This document shows, one piece after another, positions 1-10,033 of a stretch of 32,000 bases of DNA. Below the pieces are notes generated by a model that saw only the letters and a program-made list of their open reading frames with translations, did not search any database and was not told the origin of the DNA. This DNA is from Alkalilimnicola ehrlichii MLHE-1. GTDB taxonomy: Bacteria > Pseudomonadota > Gammaproteobacteria > Nitrococcales > Halorhodospiraceae. The DNA lies in NCBI RefSeq assembly GCF_000014785.1, contig NC_008340.1, positions 1,590,001 through 1,622,000 of the forward strand, written 5' to 3'. Within the stretch, counting starts at the first letter, position 1. Every line of letters starts with the position of its first letter. The translations under genes were made by a program, and so were the position numbers.

Positions 1-1
1 C

Positions 2-409
2 ATGGATGCCCCGGATCGCCTGTCCGCCATGGTGGTGCTGGACCTGCCGCTGTTCACCCGCAATCGCCAGGACCGGGATGTGGCCGCCAGCCGGCGCGAG
101 GTGTATGCCGCCAAGCACGACCGCGAGGTGCAGCACCGCACCCTTACTCAAGCCCTGGCCAGCCAGGCGGCCCGCTGGCAGCGCCTGCGGGAGCGAGAGC
201 GGCGCTTCGAGGAGCGGCTGCTGATCCACGCCGCCGACAATGTGGAGGCAGCGGAACAGGCCTACCGGGCGGGCACCCTGGCGTTCACCGCACTGATGCA
301 GGCCCGCATCACCTATCTGGAAACCCACCTGGATGCCGTTCAAGTGGCCACCGACCGCCGGATGGCCCAGGCGGAACTCCTCTATCTCTCAGGAGCGACC
401 CGGCGATGA
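2..409 (+). CDS. Outer membrane efflux protein (TolC/CusC-like), C-terminal part, 5' end outside or near window edge
   Basis: 135-aa ORF with TolC-family C-terminal character (LPLFTRNRQDRDVAASRREVYAAKHDRE... YRAGTLAFTALMQARITYLETHLDAV); its stop overlaps the start of the CusB-like gene, matching a cusC-B-A order. The first Met at base 2 is probably internal. Confidence 0.8.
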   Translation: MDAPDRLSAMVVLDLPLFTRNRQDRDVAASRREVYAAKHDREVQHRTLTQALASQAARWQRLRERERRFEERLLIHAADNVEAAEQAYRAGTLAFTALMQARITYLETHLDAVQVATDRRMAQAELLYLSGATRR

Positions 410-1914
410 AGTTTGTGAGCCTATTCATTGCGTTATTGATCGGTTTCGGCCTTGGCGCGGGCGCATTGTGGTTCCACCAGGGGGGCACCGCGGGGCAGGG
501 AGGCGGCAGCAGCGAACGGGAGGTCCTTTACTACCAGCATCCGCACAACCCCACGATCCGCTCGGACGAGCCGCGCAAGGATGAGATGGGCATGGACTAC
601 ATCCCCATCTACGCCGGTGACGAGGGCCGGGACGATGACCCGGACGTGCTGAGAATCAGCCCGGTGGTCGTCCAGAACATGGGGGTGCGCACGGCCGAAG
701 TGGAGCGCGGTGCGCTCCACCGGCAAATCAGCACCGTGGGCTTCGTCGAGGTAGACGAGGCGGCACAATCCCATGTCCACCTGCGCACCGAAGGCTGGAT
801 TGAGGACCTGCGCGTACGCACCACCGGCGAGCGGGTGACCGCCGGTGAGGTGCTTTTCCGGCTCTATTCGCCGGCGCTGGTCAGCGCCCAGGATGAGTTG
901 CTGCAGACCCTGCGTCGCAACGGTAACGCCGGTCCGGCCCGGGAGCGGCTGCGGGCGCTGGGTATGCCCGCCGATGCGATCCGTCAGGTCGAACAGCAGG
1001 GCCGGGCCCTGAACCTGGTGCCCGTGAAGGCGCCCCAGGACGGCGTCGTCCAGGCACTCAATGTGGCCGAGGGGATGTTCGTGCAGCCGGGCACCGAGGT
1101 GATGAGCATCGCCGATCTGTCGCGCATCTGGGTCATCGCCGATCTGTTCGAGCACCAATCGGACGCGGTGCGCGAGGGCCTGGATGCCGAGGTCCACTTC
1201 CCTTTCCGGCCCGGCGAGACGTTGGTCGGCAGCGTGGGCTACATCTACCCGACCCTGGCCTCACCGACCCGTACCATCCGGGCCCGGATCACCCTGGATA
1301 ACCCGGACGGGCGACTCAAGCCTGGCATGTGGACCGATGTGCATATCGACGGCGAATCCACCGAACCGGTGTTGCATGTGCCCGCGGAGGCCGTGATCCG
1401 CACAGGCCGTCAGGACCGCGTGGTGACGATGGAGGAGGAAGGCCGCTTCCGCGTGCACGAGGTGCGGGTAGGGCGGCGCGCCGGCGACCGGTTGGAGATC
1501 CTCGAGGGGCTGCAGGTCGGGGCGCGCATCGTCACCTCCGGCCAGTTCCTGATCGACTCCGAGTCCTCGGTGACGGTCAGCCTGGCGCGCCTGCAGGCCG
1601 CGGCGGAAGCCGATGATGGCAGCGTCGCCGCCGAGGGCCGCATCAACCACGTGGATCCGGAGGCCCGCCAGGTCAATCTGGACCATGAGCCGATCGCGGA
1701 ACTGGGTTGGCCGGCGATGACCATGGATTTCGAGGTGGCCGAGGACGTGGCGCTGACGGATCTTGAGCCCGGTGATCCGGTGATCATCCACATCCGCGAG
1801 CGTGAGGACGAAGAGTATGTCTACGAGCTGACCCACATCGAGCGGCTGGCCGATCCGACCGGCGAGACCGATGACGCCCCCGATCACGACGCCCACACGG
1901 GCCATGACCACTGA
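406..1914 (+). CDS. cusB: Heavy-metal RND efflux periplasmic adaptor (CusB-like) with N-terminal heavy-metal-binding motif and C-terminal CusF-like domain
   Basis: 502 aa. N-terminal YYQHPHNPTIRSDEPRKDEMGMDYIPIY resembles the heavy-metal-binding motif of CusB-type adaptors; the middle resembles membrane-fusion proteins (VKAPQDGVVQALNVAEGMFVQPGTEVMSIADLSRIWVIADLFE); C-terminal DHEPIAELGWPAMTMDF is CusF-like. Confidence 0.88.
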   Translation: MKFVSLFIALLIGFGLGAGALWFHQGGTAGQGGGSSEREVLYYQHPHNPTIRSDEPRKDEMGMDYIPIYAGDEGRDDDPDVLRISPVVVQNMGVRTAEVERGALHRQISTVGFVEVDEAAQSHVHLRTEGWIEDLRVRTTGERVTAGEVLFRLYSPALVSAQDELLQTLRRNGNAGPARERLRALGMPADAIRQVEQQGRALNLVPVKAPQDGVVQALNVAEGMFVQPGTEVMSIADLSRIWVIADLFEHQSDAVREGLDAEVHFPFRPGETLVGSVGYIYPTLASPTRTIRARITLDNPDGRLKPGMWTDVHIDGESTEPVLHVPAEAVIRTGRQDRVVTMEEEGRFRVHEVRVGRRAGDRLEILEGLQVGARIVTSGQFLIDSESSVTVSLARLQAAAEADDGSVAAEGRINHVDPEARQVNLDHEPIAELGWPAMTMDFEVAEDVALTDLEPGDPVIIHIREREDEEYVYELTHIERLADPTGETDDAPDHDAHTGHDH

Positions 1915-1925
1915 GGAGGGCCGGC

Positions 1926-4900
1926 ATGATTGAACGGATCATTCAGTGGTCGCTGGACAACCGCCTGCTGGTGCTGCTGCTCACCGGCGTCTTCGTGGCC
2001 TGGGGGGTGTTCTCCGCCCGACAAACGCCGTTGGACGCCATTCCCGATTTGTCGGATGTGCAGGTGATCGTACACACCGAGTATGCCGGGCAGGCGCCCC
2101 AGGTGGTGGAGGACCAAGTCACCTATCCGCTCTCCACCGCCATGCTGGCCGTGCCGGGGGCGCGGGACGTGCGCGGGTTCTCCATGTTCGGCGACTCCTA
2201 CGTCTATGTCCTGTTCGAGGATGGCACCGATCCCTACTGGGCGCGCTCACGGGTGCTGGAGTACCTCAGCCAGGTGGCGCCCGACCTGCCCGACGAGGCC
2301 CGTCCGGCGCTGGGGCCGGACGCCACGGGGGTGGGTTGGGTGTACCAATATGCCCTGGTCGACCGCACTGGGACGCATGATCTGGCCCAATTGCGCTCCC
2401 TTCAGGACTGGTTTCTGAAGTTCGAGCTCCAGTCTGTCACCGGTGTCTCCGAGGTGGCCACCCTGGGCGGCATGGTCAACCAGTACCAGGTGGTGCTGGA
2501 CCCTAACCGGGCGCGCGCCTATGGCCTGACTCTGGGCCAAATCCGACAGGCCATTCAGGACGGCAACCGCGAGGCGGGCGGTTCAGTGGTGGAGATGGCC
2601 GAGGCCGAGTACATGGTGCGCTCCCGCGGCTACCTCACCGGCTTGAACGACCTGGGACACATCCCCGTGGGGGCCAGCGAAGAGGGCACCCCGGTGCTAC
2701 TGGAGGACGTGGCGGAGATCCGCAACGGCCCCGAGGCCCGGCGCGGGCTGGCCGAGCTGGACGGCGAGGGCGAGGTGGTTGGCGCCCTGGTGGTCATGCG
2801 CCACGGTGAGAATGCCCTGGCCACAATCGAGCGGGTCAAGGAGCGGGTGGACGAACTCAGGGGCAGCCTGCCCGAGGGTGTGGAGATCGTGGAAACCTAC
2901 GACCGCTCCACGCTCATCGAGGCGTCGGTGCAGAACCTCTCCGTGAAGCTGGTCCAGGAGTTCCTGATCATCGCGGCGGTCTCCCTGGTGTTCCTGCTGC
3001 ACCTGCGCTCGGCGCTGGTGGCCATTGTCAGTCTGCCCATCGGCATCCTGGCTGCACTGCTGATCATGCAGCAGCAGGGGATCAACGCCAACATCATGTC
3101 CCTGGGCGGTATCGCCGTCACCATCGGGGCCATGGTGGACGCGGCCATCGTCATGGTGGAGAACCTGCACAAACGGCTGGAGCGGGCACCGCCCAATGCC
3201 GACCGCTGGGAGACGGTAGCCCTGGCCGCCAAGGAGACCGGCCGGCCGCTCTTCTTTGCACTGCTGATCATCACCGTGAGCTTCCTGCCGCTCTTTGCGC
3301 TGGAGGGGCAGGAGGGGCGGATGTTCAAGCCTCTGGCCTTTACTGGCACCTACGCCATGGCGGCTGCCGCCGGTCTGGGCATCACCTTGGTGCCGGTGCT
3401 GATGGGCTACCTGGTGCGCGGACGGATCCGACCGGAGGCCCGCCATCCGATCAGCCGCCTGCTGATTGCCGGCTACCGGCCGGTGTTACGGGGGCTGCTG
3501 CGCTATCCCTGGGCGACCGTGGGGGGCGCGGTGCTGGTGGCCGCCACCATGGTCATTCCGGCCTCCAAGCTGGGCACTGAGTTCATGCCCGAACTGGACG
3601 AGGGCGATCTGATGTACATGCCCTCACTGGAGCCCGGGGCCTCCATCGACAAGGTGCGGGCGTTCCTGCAGCAGACCGACCGGCTGATCGCCTCGGTGCC
3701 GGAGGTGGAGCAAGTGTTCGGCAAGGCCGGCCGTGCCGATACCGCCACCGATCCGGCGCCCCTGGGGATGCTGGAGACCGTCATTCGCTTCAAGCCGCAG
3801 GAGGAGTGGCGCGAGGGGATGACCAAGCAGGACATTATCCGCGAACTGGACCAGGCGGTGCAGTTCCCGGGCGTGGCCAACGTCTGGGTGCCGCCCATCA
3901 AGACCCGCATCGACATGCTGGCCACCGGCATCCGCTCCCCTGTGGGGGTCAAGATTGCCGGGCCCGATTTGGGCGAGATCGAACGCATCGGCCAGCAGGT
4001 GGAAGCGGCACTGGAGCACGTCCCGGGTACGGCATCGGCCTACGCCGATCGGACCGCCACCGGTCGTTACGTGGAGGTGGACATCCACCGCGCGCGCGCG
4101 GCGCGCCACGGGGTCAGCGTGACGGAACTCCAAACGGTCATCCAGGCGGCAGTGGGCGGCATGAAGGTCACTGACACCGTCGAAGGGCTGGAACGCTATC
4201 CGGTGAACCTGCGCTATCCCCAGGACTGGCGCGATTCCCTGGAGCGACTGCGCGAACTGCCGGTGGTCACTCCCAACGGCGCCCATCTTCCGCTGGAATC
4301 GCTGGCGTCGGTGGAGATAGTCGACGGGCCGGCCATGATCCGCACGGAAAACGCGCGCCTCAACGGCTGGGTGGTGGTGGACATCCGCGGCCGGGATCTC
4401 GGCTCCTATGTGGCGGATGCCCGCCAGGCGGTGGCCGAGCAGGTGGACCTGCCGCCGGGTTACTCCATCCACTGGTCGGGCCAGTATGAGCATATGGAGC
4501 GGGCAAAGGAGCGGCTTGCCTACGTGGTGCCGGTCACCGTGGTGCTGATCTTCATGCTGCTTTACCTCTGTTTCCGTAGCGGTCCCGAGGCCCTGATGCT
4601 CATGGGGGCGCTGCCCTTCGCCGCCGTGGGTGGGGTGTGGCTGCTCTACGGGTTGGGCTATGAGGTGTCCGTGGCGGTGGCGGCAGGCTTCATCCTGCTC
4701 ATCGGGCTGGCCACGGAGTTTGCGGTGGTGATGCTGATGTACGTGCGCAACGCTGTGCACCAACACCGGCCACGGGACCGCCGCGAGCTCAAGGAGGCGA
4801 TTATCGAGGGCGCGGTCATGCGCGTCCGGCCCAAGGCGATGACCTCGTTGACCGTGGTGCTGGGACTCTCCCCGTTGCTGATGGACAGCGGCCCCGGCTC

Positions 4901-5045
4901 CGAGGCGATGCAACGCATCGCCGCTCCCATGATCGGCGGGATGATCACCGCCCCGCTGGTCTCACTGCTGCTGATCCCGGTGCTCTACTGGCTCTGGCAG
5001 CGTCACCGGCTTCCTGAGACCCATCAGGAGGGGGCGGGCGCTTGA
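1926..5045 (+). CDS. cusA: Heavy-metal (Cu/Ag type) RND efflux inner membrane transporter CusA
   Basis: 1039 aa. Strong resemblance to E. coli CusA throughout (EGDLMYMPSLEPGASIDKVRAFLQQTDRLIASVPEVEQVFGKAGRADTATDPAPLGMLETVI; PGVANVWVPPIKTRIDMLATGIRSPVGVK). Met residues in the LGMLET and RIDMLATGI contexts fit the Cu/Ag subgroup. Confidence 0.95.
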   Translation: MIERIIQWSLDNRLLVLLLTGVFVAWGVFSARQTPLDAIPDLSDVQVIVHTEYAGQAPQVVEDQVTYPLSTAMLAVPGARDVRGFSMFGDSYVYVLFEDGTDPYWARSRVLEYLSQVAPDLPDEARPALGPDATGVGWVYQYALVDRTGTHDLAQLRSLQDWFLKFELQSVTGVSEVATLGGMVNQYQVVLDPNRARAYGLTLGQIRQAIQDGNREAGGSVVEMAEAEYMVRSRGYLTGLNDLGHIPVGASEEGTPVLLEDVAEIRNGPEARRGLAELDGEGEVVGALVVMRHGENALATIERVKERVDELRGSLPEGVEIVETYDRSTLIEASVQNLSVKLVQEFLIIAAVSLVFLLHLRSALVAIVSLPIGILAALLIMQQQGINANIMSLGGIAVTIGAMVDAAIVMVENLHKRLERAPPNADRWETVALAAKETGRPLFFALLIITVSFLPLFALEGQEGRMFKPLAFTGTYAMAAAAGLGITLVPVLMGYLVRGRIRPEARHPISRLLIAGYRPVLRGLLRYPWATVGGAVLVAATMVIPASKLGTEFMPELDEGDLMYMPSLEPGASIDKVRAFLQQTDRLIASVPEVEQVFGKAGRADTATDPAPLGMLETVIRFKPQEEWREGMTKQDIIRELDQAVQFPGVANVWVPPIKTRIDMLATGIRSPVGVKIAGPDLGEIERIGQQVEAALEHVPGTASAYADRTATGRYVEVDIHRARAARHGVSVTELQTVIQAAVGGMKVTDTVEGLERYPVNLRYPQDWRDSLERLRELPVVTPNGAHLPLESLASVEIVDGPAMIRTENARLNGWVVVDIRGRDLGSYVADARQAVAEQVDLPPGYSIHWSGQYEHMERAKERLAYVVPVTVVLIFMLLYLCFRSGPEALMLMGALPFAAVGGVWLLYGLGYEVSVAVAAGFILLIGLATEFAVVMLMYVRNAVHQHRPRDRRELKEAIIEGAVMRVRPKAMTSLTVVLGLSPLLMDSGPGSEAMQRIAAPMIGGMITAPLVSLLLIPVLYWLWQRHRLPETHQEGAGA

Positions 5046-5090
5046 GCGCGCACCCAGCACTTCCTTTGAATCCATTGAGGAAAGACTGAA

Positions 5091-5423
5091 ATGAACCTGA
5101 AGACCAATACTTACGTACTTTTCCTGACATTCGGCCTCATGCTGGCGGCCGTGCCGGCACTGGCGCATGACAGCCATCATGGCAGCAGCGCCGTGACCGC
5201 TGAAGGCCAGGGAGTGCTGCAGGCGATCAACACCGAGGCCCGCACTGTGACGCTGAGCCACGAGCCGATCCCCGAGCTACGCTGGCCGGCCATGGAAATG
5301 GACCTGCCCCTGCGGGAAGCGGAAATGGCGAGCGGCTTCCATGCTGGCGATGCCGTGCGTTTCACCCTGGAGCAGGTGGGGGAGACCGACTACGAAATCA
5401 TCGAACTGCAGCCGCTGGACTGA
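5091..5423 (+). CDS. Secreted CusF-like copper-binding protein
   Basis: 110 aa with signal peptide (VLFLTFGLMLAAVPALA) then VTLSHEPIPELRWPAMEMDLPL, which keeps the H...W..M.M pattern of CusF; directly downstream of cusA. Confidence 0.85.
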   Translation: MNLKTNTYVLFLTFGLMLAAVPALAHDSHHGSSAVTAEGQGVLQAINTEARTVTLSHEPIPELRWPAMEMDLPLREAEMASGFHAGDAVRFTLEQVGETDYEIIELQPLD

Positions 5424-5441
5424 GTGAGCGGTTCTCTCGAT

Positions 5442-5474
5442 GTCGCCCTGGCCAGCACCCACGGCCAGGGCGAC
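5442..5474. terminator. Terminator-like hairpin between the convergent CusF-like and PagL-like genes
   Basis: Perfect 12-bp arms GTCGCCCTGGCC (5442-5453) / GGCCAGGGCGAC (5463-5474), 9-nt loop, followed on + by a short CTTT. Confidence 0.65.
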
Positions 5475-5498
5475 CTTTCCGCTGTTGGGACCTCGTCT

Positions 5499-6107
5499 TT
5501 AGGGCCCAGGGAAGCGGTAACGGATGCCCAGGCCGACAAAGTTGGAGCCGCCCCGCACGCCCGAGTGCACCCCGAAAACCCCGGAGCGGTGGTGGATGCG
5601 CAGGAACCCGCTCCAGTGTTGCGCCCCCGGTGCTGTGACCTCCATCTCCGCCATCAGGTAGGTGAGCAGCCGCATGGAATCACGGTCTTCCCTCGAGGCT
5701 CGGGGCTCGAGGGGCGGGCGCTCGGTGGCATAGGACAGCCCGTGGCCGCCGGCAATACGGGTATCCACCCACCGGTCCCAGGGAAAGCGCTGCCAGCGCG
5801 CGACCCAGAGGGCATTGAACTCATAGTGGCGCTGCTCACCCCAATGACGGACCAACTGGCCCTCCAGCTCCCAGGCAAACCCCAGCCACTCCCCCAGGGG
5901 ATGGCCGTAGGTCACGGCGGCGAGGTGGGCATCACTGTTCAGCTCGGGTGGGGGCTCGCTGATGATATCCACCAACCGCTCGGGGGAATAACGGGCGACA
6001 TAAGCACTGATTTGCGGTGTCTCAGCCAGGGCTGCAGACGGGCTCAGGCACACAGCCAGGACCAAGATGGCCAACCGGCGGAATATTGGGGGGGCAGGGG
6101 ATAACAT
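5499..6107 (-). CDS. Outer membrane lipid A deacylase-like (PagL / acyloxyacyl hydrolase family) protein
   Basis: 202 aa, signal peptide, beta-barrel-like pattern, C-terminal RIHHRSGVFGVHSGVRGGSNFVGLGIRYRF with an H-x-S motif like the PagL catalytic region and terminal aromatic residue. Confidence 0.65.
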   Translation of the reverse strand: MLSPAPPIFRRLAILVLAVCLSPSAALAETPQISAYVARYSPERLVDIISEPPPELNSDAHLAAVTYGHPLGEWLGFAWELEGQLVRHWGEQRHYEFNALWVARWQRFPWDRWVDTRIAGGHGLSYATERPPLEPRASREDRDSMRLLTYLMAEMEVTAPGAQHWSGFLRIHHRSGVFGVHSGVRGGSNFVGLGIRYRFPGP

Positions 6108-6185
6108 GCCGTGTGAGTTCGCCGCAGTGGGTTTCCCGTAATATAGAAGACGGCAGTGGCGCTAGGTCTGCCCCAGCCAGATCTG

Positions 6186-6191
6186 TATAAT
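6186..6191 (+). promoter_or_regulatory. Candidate -10 element (extended TGTATAAT context) for prfC
   Basis: TATAAT hexamer preceded by TG about 40 nt upstream of the prfC ATG; no clear -35 seen. Confidence 0.45.
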
Positions 6192-6228
6192 TGCGCGCCC
6201 AGCCTCACCGTTGAGTTACTCCGATCGC

Positions 6229-7803
<1,575 letters not shown>

Positions 7804-7817
7804 GGCCCGCAGCGGCC

Positions 7818-9065
7818 TCAGGCGCCGATCAGGCGCTCAAAGATACGGAAGCCGGCCAGGTAGGTCCCCACCGCGGAACCCAGCGAGGCGAACAGGAAGA
7901 CCAGCAGGGTGCGGGAGACCCGGTTGGTCCACCAGCCGCGCCAGCGGGTCACCGACTGACGCAGGCTGCGGAAATCGCCCACCCGGGGCCGCCGCATGGC
8001 GATCTCGATGGCCGCGGCGACGAAGCCCGCCCCCACCGTCGGGTTCAGTGAGGTCAGCGGTGCGGCGAAGAAGGCCCCCACCACGGTCACCGGATGGCCG
8101 CCGGCGACCAGGGCACCGGCCGCTGACAATCCCCCATTGATCAACACCCAGTCCAGCACCAGCCGCAGCCCCAGCTCCGGGCTGCGGGAGAAGCCGATGG
8201 CGAAGCCGGAGAGCACCAGCAGGATCACCAGCCAAGCGATCCGCTTGGGCCAGGGGCTGGGCGGGGGCATCTTCGAGAGTTCCGCCTGCTCCGCCGCTGG
8301 ATCGGGCACCGGCTCTGCCAAGGCCTCGGCCAACCCCTTGAGGTGGCCCGCGCCAATGACCACCAGGACATTCCCATAGTCGTGGCCAGCGGTCTCCTGC
8401 AGCAGGCGGCTGGCCATGTAACGGTCGCGCTCGGCGATCAGCGGTTGGTAGAGGCGGGTGGAACTCTGAGCGAACTCCGCGAAGGTGGACTCGAGGATAT
8501 CGCCCTGTTTGAGCCGTTCGATATCCTCCTCGGTCACCTTCTCACGGGAGAACAGGCCGGCAAACAGCCCGGAGATCAGGGTGAAACGTTGCCACCAGGG
8601 GATGTTGCGGTAGAGCCGCTTCATGGTCACGCCGATGTCCCGGTCCACCAGCATCAGGGGTTTTTCGGCGGCCTTGGCCTCCTTGGCGGCGGTCTTCATC
8701 TCAGCACCGGGCTCGATGCCGAACTGCTCGGCCAGCCGCTGCTGGTAGGCCCCCAGGGCAAGGCTCGCTGCCACCATCCCGCCGCGGCCGTCGCGCAGCA
8801 CCTTGAACAGGTCCATTTGCTCCAAGGCCTGCGGATTGGTCAGGCTGAGGTAGCGACTGTCGCACAACTCCACCGCCACGGCGTCAAAATCGCCGCTGCG
8901 GATCAAGGTGCGGACCTCATCCGCGCTGGCGCGGGAGACATGGGCGGTGCCGAGCAGGGTGAATGTGGTGCCACCGACGGTTACGGTGCGCCTGGGGCCT
9001 TGAGTGGTCATCGATGCTCCGGTTGCGGGCGCGGACGCCGGATTATCCCGCAACTGGGCGGTCAA
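7818..9065 (-). CDS. TraB/PrgY family membrane protein (GTAH / HGH-motif hydrolase-like)
   Basis: 415 aa: TVGGTTFTLLGTAHVSRASADEVRTLI, VAVELCDSRY, VVIGAGHLKGL, then C-terminal transmembrane segments. Start could be the internal Met MTTQGPRR. Confidence 0.87.
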   Translation of the reverse strand: MTAQLRDNPASAPATGASMTTQGPRRTVTVGGTTFTLLGTAHVSRASADEVRTLIRSGDFDAVAVELCDSRYLSLTNPQALEQMDLFKVLRDGRGGMVAASLALGAYQQRLAEQFGIEPGAEMKTAAKEAKAAEKPLMLVDRDIGVTMKRLYRNIPWWQRFTLISGLFAGLFSREKVTEEDIERLKQGDILESTFAEFAQSSTRLYQPLIAERDRYMASRLLQETAGHDYGNVLVVIGAGHLKGLAEALAEPVPDPAAEQAELSKMPPPSPWPKRIAWLVILLVLSGFAIGFSRSPELGLRLVLDWVLINGGLSAAGALVAGGHPVTVVGAFFAAPLTSLNPTVGAGFVAAAIEIAMRRPRVGDFRSLRQSVTRWRGWWTNRVSRTLLVFLFASLGSAVGTYLAGFRIFERLIGA

Positions 9066-9141
9066 CCCAAGCCCTGGCGCTGGCCATGGGTTAAGATGAC
9101 ATCATGGCATTGAATACACCGGCACGCCCCGGCGCCCGGAG

Positions 9142-9927
9142 GTGAACGGCATGTTCCGGCTGGACAGGCTCTGGCGCGGCAGCCGCCCCGGGGAGCCCCT
9201 GAATAACCTGCACTGGCACGAGGCCATGGCCCGGTGTTGGCCATTGCCGGCGCTGAGTGCCGATGAACGCCCGCAGCTGGAGGCCCTGGCCCGCGAATTT
9301 CTGGCCTCCCGTGCCTGGGAGGGCGTCGGTGGCCTGGACCCGGACGAGCGGCTGCGACTGGCGGTCACGGTACAGGCCTGCCTGCCAGTGCTTTCCCTGG
9401 GGCTGGACTGGTACAGCGATTGGGTGACCGTGCTGCTCTACCCCTCCGGTTTCGTCGCCCGGCACGTATGGGAGGATGAGTTCGGAGTGGTCCACGAGGA
9501 GGAGGGGCCGCTGGTGGGTGAAGCCTGGGAGCGCGGTCCGCTGGTGCTCTCGGCCGAGGACGTGCTCACGCCCGAGCCTGGGTTCAGTGTCGTGGTCCAC
9601 GAGTGTGCCCATAAGCTGGACATGCGCAACGGTGACGCCAATGGCCAGCCGCCGCTGCACGCGGAGATGAGCCCCGCGCGCTGGAAGGCCGCCTTCAGCG
9701 CCGCCTGGGATCGATTTGCCGAAGGGGTCGAGGCACAGGCCGACTGGCTGCCCTTTGATGCCTACGCCGCGGAAAACCCCGGGGAATTCTTCGCGGTCGC
9801 CAGCGAGGCCTTCTTCACCGATCCGGCACCGGTGCAGCAGGTCTTCCCGGAGGTCTATCAGCAGATGGTGGCCTTTTACCGGCAGGATCCGTTGGCCCGA
9901 CTGACGCGGGCCGGTCTGCTGCCCTGA
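9142..9927 (+). CDS. mtfA: MtfA-like zinc-dependent peptidase (M90 family)
   Basis: 261 aa with HECAHKLDMRNGDANG (HExxH zinc motif as in MtfA), VLLYPSGF, DPLARL near the C terminus. True start may be downstream (ATG 9151, MFRLDRL). Confidence 0.88.
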   Translation: MNGMFRLDRLWRGSRPGEPLNNLHWHEAMARCWPLPALSADERPQLEALAREFLASRAWEGVGGLDPDERLRLAVTVQACLPVLSLGLDWYSDWVTVLLYPSGFVARHVWEDEFGVVHEEEGPLVGEAWERGPLVLSAEDVLTPEPGFSVVVHECAHKLDMRNGDANGQPPLHAEMSPARWKAAFSAAWDRFAEGVEAQADWLPFDAYAAENPGEFFAVASEAFFTDPAPVQQVFPEVYQQMVAFYRQDPLARLTRAGLLP

Positions 9928-9969
9928 GGGTGGGGGCCAGGGAACGCGCGTCCAACTGCGGCCCAGACG

Positions 9970-10012
9970 GCACTGGGCCCGGGCCGGCGTTATGCCGTTC
10001 CGGGCCCAGTGC
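9970..10012. terminator. Strong hairpin between the convergent mtfA-like and prpE-like genes (probable bidirectional terminator)
   Basis: Perfect 13-bp arms GCACTGGGCCCGG (9970-9982) / CCGGGCCCAGTGC (10000-10012), 17-nt loop; no T-tract. Confidence 0.6.
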
Positions 10013-10033
10013 AGTCGTCATCAACCCACCGCG

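Noticed and set aside
3624-4913. 429-aa minus-strand ORF opposite cusA (and similar 2697..3446 -)
   Set aside because: Fully antisense to a strongly supported CusA gene; low-complexity His/Arg/Gly/Gln composition typical of shadow ORFs in GC-rich DNA.
5424-6104. 226-aa + strand ORF
   Set aside because: Antisense to the PagL-like gene, which has a signal peptide and family motifs; starts directly after the CusF-like stop codon and runs through the terminator hairpin.
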